NCBI GenBank assembly: GCA_040954595.2
Contig: CM082583.2
Span: forward strand, 4,039,060-4,103,059
Origin: Balanoglossus misakiensis
Taxonomy: Eukaryota > Animalia > Hemichordata
Direction of reading: 5' to 3'
Length of the DNA: 64,000 nt
The notes under the pieces were generated by a model, which searched no databases, was not told the DNA's origin, and saw nothing but the letters and a program-made list of their open reading frames with translations. Position 1 is the stretch's first letter, and each line of letters opens with the position of its first letter. The translations under genes and the position numbers were made by a program. Below, in pieces: positions 22,103 to 35,689 of the stretch.

Positions 22103-23311
22103 CTGAAATGATACGGGAAAGAAAGAAAATAAAATTATGTTTAATAAAGTTTGTTGAAATTAAAAGTTAGAGAGATAAACAAAATAGTATCATGATAATG
22201 TGCATGTAATATAAGAAACAATAACAGGTCAATATCATTTGAAGAAATAGGTTTTTGATGATTTGTCATGTATTTCAGTCTGGTTCCACATACTAGTTAT
22301 GCACAATTTGAAGCAAACCAAGATGTCTAAAAGAATGAAATTTAGACAAAATTGCCATCTAAAAAGTGCAATGCCCCTTAATTCGTGAGCTAAACTGTGA
22401 CAGGAAAATTTAAATGCCTTCCTTTGCACTGAAAGTAATCGGCCGTCTTCTTGGCAAATTAAGGAAAAAGAAAATGTCCCATATCTTTGTAAATGCAATT
22501 AGAAATGATATTGCTTCTCTGTGGAAGACATAAGATTGTTTTGTGCTGAAAGATATTGTCTGTCTGTCTGCCTGTGCAACGCTTAGAGCACTTGAGGTAC
22601 TGCTTGATGATAAGTAATGGCATAATTAGATTTCCTCAGCTCGTAATTGATGACTGCGACATTTTGTCTGATAGACCAGCGTCCTAAATGAACTTTTCTA
22701 ATTTTCCGAGAAGCTAGGCATTAACCTCAATGAGCAGCCACTAGAAGTTTCTTCTCTTAGACGGCAGACTCAAAGTCCTTAAAGGATCTTACACTCATCT
22801 AAGGACATAATCAGGGGGGTTCTGAGAAGACTACATATCTGTTGATGACATATGACGAACTCTCTTCTGCTTGAAGCAAAGAAATGGGAGCACTGACTCA
22901 AAGGTTTCGGGCCATGCAGGCATGATCGGTCACAGCGCTGGTTCAAAATCAGTAACCAGTAGAGTTTGGTAATGATCAAGTCACATACAGCCAGATCATT
23001 ACATGTAGTCTTTATGTTTTCTGCATTTACCTGTAAGTGACGTCTCACCCAAATGATTAAAAGTGGATTGAGAGGAAAGTTTTTCACATCTGAGCATCAA
23101 AATCTGGGTTCTAATTAATCCAAGTCAGTGGTATTACCATAGATAATGTTCCTGAATTTGATCTTGAGGGCTCAGGGATGTACAGGTAGGCTATCTACAT
23201 GTACGACCACATTGTAAACTGCATACACACTTTGAAAAAGTGGCTAAATTATTTACCAACTCTTTACTAATTTTAACACCACCAGTATGCTAGCTATGAG
23301 AATTTACTCAC

Positions 23312-23390
23312 CAAAAGTGTAGTCCATAATTTCCATCAGGGCAAAGACGTTGGCAGATTCTTCATCCATTCCTAATTTATCAATTACCGC
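23312..23390 (-). CDS. SNX27: SNX27 exon (RA/F1)
   Basis: AVIDKLGMDEESANVFALMEIMDYTF; 79 nt, phase 0 to 1, CAG acceptor, GTGAG donor. Confidence 0.92.
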
Positions 23391-23561
23391 CTGGAAATTG
23401 AACATGGAAAGAAAAAATTGTCCATGCAATTTTGCTAAAATTACGTTTAACTCCCTAACTTATAGTTATACACATATTGCAGCTAAACACAAACGCACAA
23501 TGAAGAATGTCACAAATAAATATTTCTAAAATAAATCTTATTTTCAGGTCCCATAACTGAC

Positions 23562-23666
23562 CTCATAGACATCCTCTGTGGTGCTGTTCCTTCTGACAGT
23601 TACCGTAATTGTATTCCTATCTGGTAAAAGTACTCTGAGTTCCACTTCTGTTGTGCCAGTGACACC
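23562..23666 (-). CDS. SNX27: SNX27 exon (start of RA/F1)
   Basis: GVTGTTEVELRVLLPDRNTITVTVRRNSTTEDVYE; 105 nt, phase 0/0. Confidence 0.93.
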
Positions 23667-25987
23667 CTGCAATGACCAAAAAAAATAAACATTTACTTTT
23701 TATCAAAAGATGGTAATAACTATGAAATGCTGAATCATTTTATGTTGGATGAACATTGTTGAAATAGAATGAAACACACTGAACAATAGGCAGGAGCTTT
23801 TACAGGCTATATAAAGCCCTGTACCTAACCTGGGCACAGTGAATCCTTACATGCAATGAATCCAAAACATCTGTATTTTTTGTCTAACGGACGCCCCTTC
23901 TAGCTTATCTCTTTCTTTTTTTCAATCCAACATCCATCCATCAATCAGTGACTGATTTATGGGTCCTGACACATCTAGCAGTGTTTTGACATTCACACAG
24001 CTGTAAATGACAGGGTAACAACCAAAACTAACATCAAGTACTCATACCATTGACCTGCAATACATGCTTGTTTTGACATTTACTGCATTACCACTGTTCT
24101 TTTATTGTGTAGTCACCATCTTTTTCAAAACATCTCTAGAAATGGCCATTCTATTCACCTGTTTCGGTCTTATTTGTCAAAACACATTAATTTAGTACAT
24201 CACTTGTACTTCTCAGCAATAATTTCTTTTGGCTATTTCTTGTCTCATCTGAGATAACTTTATTGTGAAATTCAATTGAGACTGGTCTTTCAAGAACGTA
24301 CTATCATGACATTAAATGCATTTTCTTTAAGCTGAAAAAGCACCTACATGTACTTAATACGAAATGTTTTCTTACATGGAGCATAAATCAACACTGAATA
24401 CAAACTTGTTGTTTTTTGCAACAAAAACAAGAATTAGGGATAACTGAGAATATTGCAACCACATACCAGAAGTTCATTTTCTACAACAGCAACATAAAGT
24501 ATGGAGAGTTGGTGTTGCCTCAATCAACGAAATCATACCTTTCCAAATGAAAATGACGATCAGGTAATGAGAAACAAGTGACGTAGGATCCCGGAAATGT
24601 ACCAGGATATGAACTGTCAATGTTAAAGCCATCACATCATTGGTAATGACTTCTGTGGGTCGCTTTTCACAGGAAACTTTACAGGAAATGATTTTACCAT
24701 GAAAATAGGTTAATAGAAACAGCAGTAGATCTGTGTCCTAGTTTAAACGCAAGCTCAGGAAAATGGTGAAGCTTTTTTTTTAGATATTTCGATCCATCTT
24801 TTGACTAACATGTTCTAACTTGCTATATTGTTTCCATAGTGACATGGGCCCGCCATGTTCAATGGTGATGCAAACTACATTTGTACACTATATTCTGCAT
24901 AATGCTTTTAACATTACATACACAGATCAGCTGATTCAAGGAAATATCTAGTAACTTTTGAAAAATTGTCTCTAAATTAAAAAACAACAACATATTTGTA
25001 GACCATGTAACTGCATTAAGAGATTAAACTTCCTTGAATCTGTGAATAAATTGTGGGAATGCCAAACTTTTATTTTTCTATGTTGTCGGTGATTTCACCC
25101 AAGGCCACAACATCCTGCCCACACTGTGGATATGTTACACCACCTACACACAAAAGCAAAAATTGCAGCTTGCACTGAAAGAGAGCTCACACGACTACAG
25201 CTGTGTTTCCGTGTTTGATGCTTCAATAACACCTTCTTGACGTCATATCCCCCAAGAAACCTTGGTATGCAGACATCTTAGTGGCTTGTTAGGTGTCACC
25301 TTCAGGCTAGCACTTCATAAACAAGTCGCAAAAAACAGACATGCCAGGTTGTTCCTGCTTTTCTAAAATCACTGAGGGATATTCTGAGATTCACAATCCA
25401 TTCAACAATACATGTATGCCTGTTTCTGTAAATGATTTAATTAACAATACACTGTACAGTACGTAATAGCAACTGTTATTTCTTTCCACAAAATGCGCAC
25501 TTGCAATTGCCACAACATGAACAGTTTGACCACCTTGAGATGGGCTTCTGACTAACCCAAGCCATTTAAATGACTGTGACAATATGGAGCGCAGAGAAAA
25601 AAAATCACCAATACATGTATACATTAAAACCGCACCAGTCGGCCATCTTGGATCACACTGTGAAACCAACTGATCTGTGTGGAACTTGCAGTTCCTTGTA
25701 TGAAGGAAAGAAAACAATATTCTTGCAATCAGGGAAGCTGCTATTTAAGCCCGGAAGTGCAGTAGACAACAAAAATTCAAGGCAGTATAATTGATGTATG
25801 AACGGAATGGGGGAGTTGAGAGGGCTGGATGTTCCAATGGGAAAATAAATGGTAGGCAGAGAGTGAGAAATACCTATTTGCTGCTTGACTGTCATCTTTT
25901 ATCTACACCCTGACCACGGGCAATTTGATTCAAAATAACATTTCCGTGATACTCTATCCTGAAACAACCGAAATCAGATATACTCAC

Positions 25988-26058
25988 ATTTTCCTCATTC
26001 ATGTCAGCCAGGAATTCTTGCATGATGTCACTTTCACCTATGACTCTAACTGATGTCA
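25988..26058 (-). CDS. SNX27: SNX27 exon (end of PX)
   Basis: VTSVRVIGESDIMQEFLADMNEEN; 71 nt, phase 1 to 0, CAG acceptor, GTGAG donor. Confidence 0.93.
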
Positions 26059-26363
26059 CTGGTGGAAGAAATGATGATAGGAAATTAGTGTCAGACAGTC
26101 TTTTATCTCGCGATCGCAAATCATGCCCAAAATTCCATTCCCAATTGAGGGTGTACACTGGTTAAAGTTATCAAGTGTCAATCTGTAAAATACTGTTCTA
26201 ATATTTAGTGAATCAAATGGCAACACACCCTTCAATCACTCAATGTAAGATAGAATTCAAGATGCAATTTCTGTCCCATGTATCAAGAAACACACACAGT
26301 TTACTAGTTTTTAATAATCTTACCTATTTTTTCATGCAGTTTACCAGTTTTTAATCATCTTAC

Positions 26364-26556
26364 CTTTTTCTAAGTACTGTTCCAAGCCTCGCCTCCTGGC
26401 ATCCAACTGCTGCTCTGAAAGTGAGAACGGCCACTTGCCGGGGAATTTTGGAAATTGAAAATCTGGAAATTCTTTTTTGAGTTGCTGGTGTAAAGTTGCA
26501 AACTCTCTGTATCGATGTGAGCACAGCATTCTGCCAGCCATGTAAATATTATACAC
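26364..26556 (-). CDS. SNX27: SNX27 exon (PX domain)
   Basis: [64 protein letters not shown]; 193 nt, phase 0 to 1. Confidence 0.97.
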
Positions 26557-27180
26557 CTGTGTCGACAAAAACAAACAGATTAAATTGGTTCAATTTCTTG
26601 ATTATTTCCAGTTTTGCACATGTACTATTTATTAGGAGATAACACTGTTACTTTTAACACACCAATCCTGGCAATATTTATACACACATTGGGTTTTTGA
26701 TTGTTTATGTTTTCAAAGCATTCCTTCAGACTTGTTATAGAGCAGTACATTGGCACTTCATATAACAAAACAAAAATATACAAAAGATAAAGATGATACA
26801 ATATTTTTTGTCAAAAGTTGTAATTTACGCTCAGAAAAGCAGTGCAAGAACAGTAGATCTTGTCTTTCTTGAATTGAATAAATAAATAAATAAATGGAAG
26901 GAAAAACCACCACACTGACAGATACTGTACAATACACAAAAATTATAGCAACCATGGGCACATCAGCACATAGGGACCATAAAGATTCTTTATAAATCCA
27001 CATTATATCAGATTTGATTTTAATAGACTTCTCTTTCAGCACCTCCATGACAACCACAATTTAAAATGCAATGAATTCCGATGTCAAGAATCAAAGAAGC
27101 ACACGACTGGCTATCGCGATGCCACTATAACTGCTCAATATGTACTGTGGTATGGGCGACATAAATCTTTTTCTACTCAC

Positions 27181-27412
27181 AATAAATTTTTCCCCTTGTT
27201 TCTCCACCTGCCTGTAGTCTGGTACAGAGATAGGTAATGCTCTTTTTTCACTGTAATCTATGTAAGAATACCCGGAGGAGTCGTCACTGGGCTCCAACCT
27301 TTCGGATTCATATTGCGGCACTGATATCACTGTTAGTCTCAGTTCACTGCCGCCCGATTTGATCAAATCCACCACATTTTTATGCGTGGCTCCCTCAACC
27401 GTGCTTCCATTT
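27181..27412 (-). CDS. SNX27: SNX27 exon (second half of PDZ plus start of PX)
   Basis: [32 protein letters not shown]...[39 protein letters not shown]; the PDZ helix GATHxxVVDLI distinguishes SNX27 from SNX17/31; 232 nt, phase 2 to 0. Confidence 0.96.
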
Positions 27413-27549
27413 CTGTCGATTAAAAAAAAAAGAACAAAACGAGTGGTGAGTGGCTGAAGCCTGGAGAATAGATTGACTGATTTTTTATTGTGATACATTT
27501 TTGATCTTCTTAAAAAACTGAGTCTTCTGAATTATTTCGTAATACAATC

Positions 27550-27874
27550 CCCAGCTATGTTTAGTATGTTTGTTTTGTGCTACTGTAGTTTCTTGTTGAA
27601 AGGCTTGAAGCGTCCGGCATTTAGCTTATCGGCATAGCCTTATATAGACAACACTGTTATGTGCAAAGTATGAATTCAAGTCCTGACTTTAGAACTCACT
27701 TGTAAACAATAAAAATGGTTGTTATGTGTGCAAACAGGCTATGCTGACAAGTAAAGAACTGGGTTAGCATGTGGTTTGGGGTAGAGATTTAGAAATTGTA
27801 TTTGATAATCATACACGGAACACAAAATACTCAAATACCCAAAACATAGCCAAAAGTTACAGCTAAACACCTCT
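27550..27874. mobile_element. Degenerate TTAA-type MITE, same family as 58397-58742
   Basis: Shares the right end aaaacatagc.aaaagttacagctaa...ctTTAA with the 58397 element; left end eroded. Confidence 0.5.
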
Positions 27875-28044
27875 TTAAAAAGAAGATTTTCAAGATAAGT
27901 CATTGTCAATGATACAGTCCACATGATGTTCATATGAACACCTCTTTTCATGGCGGACGAGACGCAACTATAATTATTATTCTATTCTAGCTGTCATCCG
28001 ACAGACAACAGCCCGATGGCAGGATGAGGTATCCATCATCACTC

Positions 28045-28120
28045 ACTGGATAAGGGGTTTCAAACCCACAGTCTTCTGATAATGAGCTCGGAACTCTAAT
28101 CTCCGTGATACATCTAGCTA
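28045..28120 (-). mobile_element. Possible degenerate tRNA-derived SINE head
   Basis: Minus strand ...attagagttccgagctcattatcagaagactgtgggtttgaaacccc resembles the anticodon arm plus B-box of a tRNA, but the acceptor stem is not intact. Confidence 0.3.
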
Positions 28121-28610
28121 GCAGATAAAAATATCACCGGGGAAGGGATGTACCCGATAGCCAGCAACCAGCAAAAACAACTGACTGTTAGTGAAAATAA
28201 ATAACAATTAAGACATTTTTCACAAATATCATGCTACATGTATCCATCTGCACTTTTATTTTTGCCACCTGTAAAAGAAATGTTTGCTTCATCCCTGCTG
28301 AGACACTGATCGGGTTGAATTACACATCCAAGCCACTTGGAAAACCGCGTATATCATTCCATGGCTGCCTCCTGTCCAGCACTTCGGGGGCAAAGATATC
28401 CTGTTCTACTGTATTCATAACCAATTTGGCTACATCTCATGTCAGATTCAACTTCCCACTCCATCCCTATGGTTTGTAACATCATCCAACAGACACAATT
28501 ACTTTAAGAATACGGGTAGTCTATATTATCTCCAGGAAATGCAACCTGTAATGCACACTAATGACCCACATTCTGGCTGAACTTTAAATGCACTTTGCCC
28601 TTTATATTAA

Positions 28611-28850
28611 AGGGACAAAGTCTCTCTCTCGCTGCCTTTTTTCCATTAATTATGTTTGATACAAGACATTGTTTATGTCAATGTACATGTGGATATATAG
28701 TGAATTAACGTTCGACCACACACAACTTCCATGCCATTTGTAGGATATGAGTAAAAACTCGCCCAAAATGAATAAATGGTAAAGACGGATTATTCATTTT
28801 GGCGAGATTTTCCCTCTCGAAAAAAGGCAGCGAGAAAAGACTTTGTCCCT
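28611..28850. mobile_element. Kolobok-like MITE family A, internally deleted copy
   Basis: TTAA|AGGGACAAAGTC...GACTTTGTCCCT|TTAA; most of the right arm is missing relative to the other three copies. Confidence 0.85.
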
Positions 28851-29974
28851 TTAATTTAGACAAGTCTTTATTATAAAACCTCAACTTAGCTACAAATATA
28901 GAGAACAGGTTTCTTGGTGTAAACACTGGTTAAAAAAGTCTCAATTACAAAAACTCAAATTATCATTATACATGTATGCACTTATACTGGTATGGAGAAC
29001 TGATTTCTGGGTGTGTACACCGTTTTCTGTGAAAACAGACTCTCCTACATTGTAGCACAATGAGGCTTAGGCCTACTCTTAGAATTCTTAGAAAAATTTA
29101 TATGAATTCACCATTTTTAAGTAACTATGAACCACTTGGCTGCCATTAGACAAATGTGTAATTATGTGGAATGAAACCTCAGGCATATTTATACAATCAA
29201 GCTTTTCAAATACATGTATTATTATACATAATGGTAATTGCTTCCTATCAATCACTAATAATGTTTTTCTGCCAACTGCAGACTCCTTTTCAAATTACAG
29301 TACTGAGAATTATTCATATTTTATGAAGTCAAAGAAAGACTGCATTACACATTTAAAAGCCATGACTAAAAAGAATTGCCTTTTACCGGTCTCTGACCTG
29401 TAGTATTGCAATATTCTGATCAACTTGAATGAATTTTAAATTACACGGCTACGTCTGACAGACCCTAGGTTGATCGACGTCAAGTTCCAAGAAGAGAACA
29501 TTTCAAAATGGCTTCCTTTAACATTTGAGTGGCTCAGAAGACATGGCCACCCAAATCTACAAAGATTCTGCCAACACTGTGAAGCCACAGAATTTCCCAG
29601 AATAAAATGTCAACCAGGAAATTAAAATGCAGAATTTATAAATAGTTTTGAAGTAGACTGCAACCTGGAAAAGGTAGTCACAAAAGTGCGAGCCCAGCAA
29701 ACCTTGCATCCTTCAAGCTGTTCAGATTTGTACTGAGTCATTTTGAAAGAGAAAGCGTTCCTGAAAGTGTCCTCAATAGAAAGGTATCAATTTACTGCTG
29801 AATTCTGTCTAAAACCAACATTTGCCGTTCCAGTAAGAAAACAGAATTTCACTTCTTTATTCCAAATGTTTGTGACTGTACACTAAGTCTTATTTTTCCT
29901 AACAACATCCGCCTATAACATGAGCAGATAACCATCCATTATCATTGGTTACTCAACTGAACTCAAGACATTGG

Positions 29975-31186
29975 CAGTGTTGCAGCCAGGAATTTTATAA
30001 CAGGGGACACTGTGTCCCCGCACTATTTATTTTTGGGGACATTTTGCATATTTTGGGGACAACATAAACCATGGACATACATGTATGTCCATGCATAAAC
30101 GTACACATACATACACAATGACATACCACATTAAATTGTATAATTTGATGTTTTTAATAAAACACTCAGACTCCTTGGTCTGTGTCACAATGACCATATA
30201 CTTTAACCTGCATTTTGTACAAATTGTACAAATCACGTGTTCACAACAGTCAAGATCTGATCACTATTGTTCTGATAATTAAAGTCACTGCCGATTACTG
30301 TTTATGCGTCTTTGTTTTACTTTTCTGATTTTGATTACATTCAAGATCTTTTAAATCTGCTTCATTTCTAAATTTAGAGTTTTTACCAAAATATCAGAAA
30401 GATGAATAATCCCCCCTTTTTATACAAATGAGGATGAAAAACAGACTTGTTGTTGACAAGAATTCTGGCTTTATTCCAAATAACCTGCTCAGCTGGAGGG
30501 GTGGAGGAAAAATGACTAATTTAAATTCTTTCAAGTCCTTTATTATTTTAGGAGTAAATTTGAGAAAACTTGTTCCCCATTATATAAAATCAATAGGGTA
30601 TTTCTAAAAGCTAGGGAATTCATTCCAAGATCAACTGTTGTCTGGCTAGGGGTCCTAAAGCATGTAATAAGAATACTCTCAACTCTGTCTTTTTGGAGTC
30701 TTATCCAAGAAATTAGCAGTTGAATCTACATTAAAAGTTCAGTGGGAGGATTTTCAACAAATCTGAGACTGCTGGTACTCATGGACAGAGTTGGTTTCAG
30801 AAGCAATTGGAGTCACGGTAGTTCACTGCCTGCACAGCGTGATATCGCAATGTATTACTATTACAATTCCCAAGAGGGTGGCTGCGTGTACGTAAACTGT
30901 ATCAAATTCAACGATAAACCACAGTCCCTCGAGGGACTCAAGTTTGCTACAAGTTTGCTATGAAGATGTTATCAGTATCGATTACAGGTCGTAAGGTCAT
31001 AAACTGTGACAAGTGAATCTCTTTGTACGCGTACACCCATCAGTTATCAGGAAACAATGTATGTTAGCGCCGGCTATTTTTGACACTCAGAGTGCGCCCG
31101 TGGTGACCCGCAGTATGCCAGAAAGTGCGCCCGTGGCTTCAGTTTTGGGGACATTGTCGCAAGGGCGCACGCTGGCTGCAACACTG
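29975..31186. mobile_element. 1.2-kb non-autonomous DNA transposon, hAT-like termini, 6-bp TSD
   Basis: 15-bp TIR CAGTGTTGCAGCCAG/CTGGCTGCAACACTG; direct repeat CATTGG at 29969-29974 and 31187-31192; subterminal GGGGACA and GTGCGCCC repeats. Confidence 0.85.
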
Positions 31187-34100
31187 CATTGGGATAACGT
31201 TAATAATCTCTACGGCCCGAGGAAATCTGATTGGATTATCCGTTATATTCTACTCGAGGCAAACAATATGAATGACTTGTAACCCTGATTGGGCATTATA
31301 TACACTGTACGGGCCGAGAGAGCAACCCAGCAATACAAAACGGGATTTACTTTTTTTCACTAGGTAGTAGGTTTCTAAATAACGTGAACACTGACAATCC
31401 AACGTTTTCGATTACGCCTTACAGACTTGAAAACAGGTAATCAAACATACAGCACGTCCATCACCTGCCCGGTTCAATTTTCAGTTCCATGAAATGCATA
31501 ACACCCATGGCTAAGTTTGAAGTGGACGCAAAGGAATAATACATGCAAAGTCTTAATGCGCAAATAATGAGATTTGAGTAACTCAATATTTTTTGCCCAG
31601 GCCAGTGTGTATGGTTCACATGCCATGGACAAGTCAACCAAATTTGGTAAACCAGTCAAGGTATATATGTACACACACAACTAAGGTTGGCATGCAAAGC
31701 AACACCTATTGCTTTCAGGATAAAACACACACATAGGTCCTAACTTATAAATTTCTTCCTTCTAGCTGGCATTATCGCTCAATGAATGCAAAGACTGTTC
31801 ACTCCAACAAGAATTTCTACAAACAAGCTATTCCAATACTTTCACATTGCTAACTAACAGTCCCTTTCCCTAGGCTCATTGAAAGGCAAGTCTCAGGCAG
31901 GAGTTGAGGGGAGTGTCAATCAAGACGAAGGTTTGTCCGAGAATTAAACACTCACAAATCTACATTGTTATTCATCACTTGTTTGGCTCGTCTTATTGAA
32001 TTTCTGAGTCGGACTTCCCTTGGTCTGTTACACACGTTTAAAACAGTGCGCAATCTGTTGTGGGCGATAGTTGTTACACACAAAATTTGCATATTCACAA
32101 TTCAGTTTACACTCAGGTCCCCTCTGGGAGATGTGATGTGTTGATAGTGGTTGACCTGCTCGGGTCGGAGACATGCCGCAGCGTCACCTAAAACCTGTGG
32201 CAAGCCTGAAATAAGTCTGCAGCTAGTTACGGTCACACCTGCGATGGCGTCATAAGAGTTTGTTTCTGGCAGTATGACAGAGTTTCCATTTCCATAGTGG
32301 CATCCACAGAATCATGTAGAGAATACTAGTATACAGATTCAGAAGACATATATGCAAATTCAGCAAACAGTTAATATACGTGCATGCACATATTGAATGT
32401 ATCTTGATAATGATACTGTATTATCCCAAAAGGTTTTCTTTCCCAAACGGGAAGCATATTGGTATATATCCCAATACAGCATGCACTAAAAAGCAAACAG
32501 CCATGCCAAATCAATCGCTTAGATCGAATTTTATCTTTCAATGTCAGCTGTGTGTGAAATCAACCACAAAGACTACAGATTCAGCCAAATTAAACACATG
32601 GATGGTCACAATGGATAACTGGCTTTCTCTGCGCAAACATCAGTGCTATTACCCTCAATGCTGTGTTTCCATGACAACTGTGAACATGGTCGTGACTAAA
32701 AAATCAACGCAAGAGAAGAAAAAAAATTCAGTTTTATTAACTTGTAATAGATTAGATGACATCTTGCAGTGGCAAGGCTTGTTTCACTGTCATAAACAGG
32801 TCTTGAAATGGTATCACCATAATGTACATGTAGGCTGTTTCTGCCCAGAAAGTCAAATCACCACAGTGCATTGTCCATGTATGTATGCTTTTACTGCGTC
32901 TTCCTGCTTTCACCGACACATTTTCAGTCTAAATTTCATAAAAGACAAATCCTGTTTCAATAACCTGTACGTAGTGATTTTGTTCCTTGTGCGTAGAACT
33001 TCGCGAGGACAAGAGTGACGATGAAATGTTGCCAGATGTTTCAGTATTTTCCTAATAGCGGGGGAATTTTACGAGCCGCCAGTTACTTGACCATGAGCAA
33101 AATCTGTCAGTCACGATTCTGCCATGAAAAAGCTTAATCCTGCTGTAAGACGAGCGCCTTTGGGTGAAGAATCAATAACAGTGATTTCTCAAACGATATT
33201 AAAATAGGGACCTCAGGGGATTGGTGTGAAAATGCAATATGCTCATGGTAAACTAGGTTTAACCCTTTCAGGACTGAACTTCTGGTATTAAAGCGTACCA
33301 GATTTTACCCAGTGGTACATGTAGATATGATAAAACAATCCCAACCAATGTGAAACATAATAACCACATGATTGACATAATGCAAATGAGTTGAATCGAC
33401 CTCCTTCTATTCAGTACTAAGCTTATCTGAATCCAAATGTGGGGGGAAAAGAGGTGAAAGATTGTATTCTGAGTGTGGGTACTTTGAAATAAATAACACT
33501 GGCAGTGGCAATATGATTTCTAAAACCATTAAGAACAAAAGTTTACTCCAAATTTAATTATCTGTATTAAATACATATACAGTACAAGCCATCTGTAATA
33601 TTATAGTTTTAAACTGGTTTTGAATGAATAATATTGTATGCTTTTATACGGTACATGGCATTTTTCAATTCTTGTCCTGCATGATATACATGTACAGTGC
33701 AAATTGCATTTCACGCTTGGAAACAGACAATTACTAGAAAAGGTTTTAGTGGGGCAATGTGTTCCAATCTTCAATTTTGAAAATTGGCAAGGATTCCAAC
33801 AAGTACCAGTACAAGTACACGGAAACTTATTGTGGCTTGAATTCAGAGCAAGACATTAATTCATGGGAAGTCAATGCTAAAATTAGTTATTTGAACCATC
33901 TGACAGAAATCAGATATGTTCCAAGGCTAGCCATTTTAATATAATGCGAGTACCTGTAAGATATTCACATACACACATACATTTGTATTCTATGGTTTCC
34001 TTGGCTCCAGAGAGACAAAATGACTATTCTTTGATATCAAATGACGTCAAACGCAGTTCCGGTGGCATTCAAATTTCCAGCTGATGGGCAAATGGTGCAA

Positions 34101-35517
34101 ACGACGACTGTGCACACGAGACACCAAAACGCTGATGAGGCACCACGCCTGATACGTGTTACATGTCTGGCGGTTCTAAAGTATGAACGCACCCAGAAAA
34201 ACTTTTACTGGATGGATACACATGTCCACACATACAACCACAAACCCATCTACACAGACAGGCAGATGCAATGGCAGTCTGTTTGACAACTATGATGTTT
34301 GGCAAGTACCGCGGTACATAATATACATCGTACATTGCAGCAAAGAACGACGCTTCCAACTCGATTAGAGCCTATGGCAAATTTTTTTCAGTCCTTTTCT
34401 CATTGTAAACCTATTCAAACTGTTGTCATTTTTTCTTTCAATTTGTTTGATTATGAGAATAAATTATTATTACATGACACAGACATCGTGACAATGGAAC
34501 AAAGAACTCTCCCAGACTGGACGAGCATTATGAAATTTAATTTAATTAACAATGTCAGTCGTAATACGAACAGATGAGAAGAATTACTCCCATATCATTC
34601 ACAGTGAACCATAATTCAGCCTTTCGAAGAACAGTGCATGGTGGACTAATCAGCTGAATTACATCTGGTTTGACCTGACTTTATTCTAAATTAAAGATAG
34701 ACAATTTAGGTCACTTGACAAAATGAAAATGCCAATAACAGCAATTACAACGAAGTCTGTGAATACTCAATCTTGTATAGACTTCATTTGACAACAGAGG
34801 CTTATTTCGATTAGAAAAAGGCTTACGTTTTTGTAAGATTACATGCAAGTTAAAGTGACATTTTTCGACGTCTTTCTGAACAGCACTAGACAAGCTAGGC
34901 TGAAAAACTAATTATTTCTTCCTTCTTCAAGGATATCGACTTCAAATTTTTGTAATATCTGATAAAGTTATCCTTTGCTGTTCATAAGTTTGATATTCCT
35001 CATCCCATCCAAAATTGGGTGTGTAAACAATACTGTCAACATTGGTTCTAAAAATATTTGCCTTGCTTCTAAAGACTTGTTTTCAAATGTGTTAAAAATA
35101 GATATCCTTATCAGTTAATGATTTTAAATAGCAAATTTATACCATATGATGGTGTTGTTTTATTAAAATGCGACTGAATACCCAACACGTGCTGAATTTT
35201 TCCACACACAACGGACACACTTGGCAGTTTCAGAATTTAATGCTGTATTAGATATCACTTCAAGTTTTCCATCAAAATGATCAATGTTCCTGTGTTGTCC
35301 AGGTTTTCAAACTTTGTTGAAATTCTGACAGCATCGACACTTGCCTGGGGCGACAACATGGGTGAGTGATTTCACGGCCAAATCAGTCGGTAAAAGCTTT
35401 ATAGGTATTTCTAAACAGAACCAAGTGGCTTTTAATCTTTTTTCCCGACTTGGAAGTGATAACTGATTGGCACCTAACTACTCTCAGCTGCTGGTTTGGG
35501 CGAAAAGAATGTAAATA

Positions 35518-35689
35518 CAGTAAAACCTGTCTAAACCGAACCCTGCCTAATCTGGAAACCTGTCTATACTGAACACATTTTCCTGTCCCTTTCACATAGA
35601 ACAACATGTTAAAATAACCTCTATAGGGTAGACACCTCTGCAAACTGGACAATTTCTTCAGGCCCTTTCGGTTCAGACAGTTTTTACTG
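35518..35689. mobile_element. Tc1/mariner-type MITE (TA target)
   Basis: TA|CAGTAAAACCTGTCTAAACCGAA...TTCGGTTCAGACAGTTTTTACTG|TA. Confidence 0.8.

Noticed and set aside
28045-28120. Functional tRNA gene
   Set aside because: The acceptor stem and A box are degenerate; at best a SINE relic.
32380-33018. 212-aa ORF
   Set aside because: Non-ATG start, no domain similarity and intron-like composition; likely chance.
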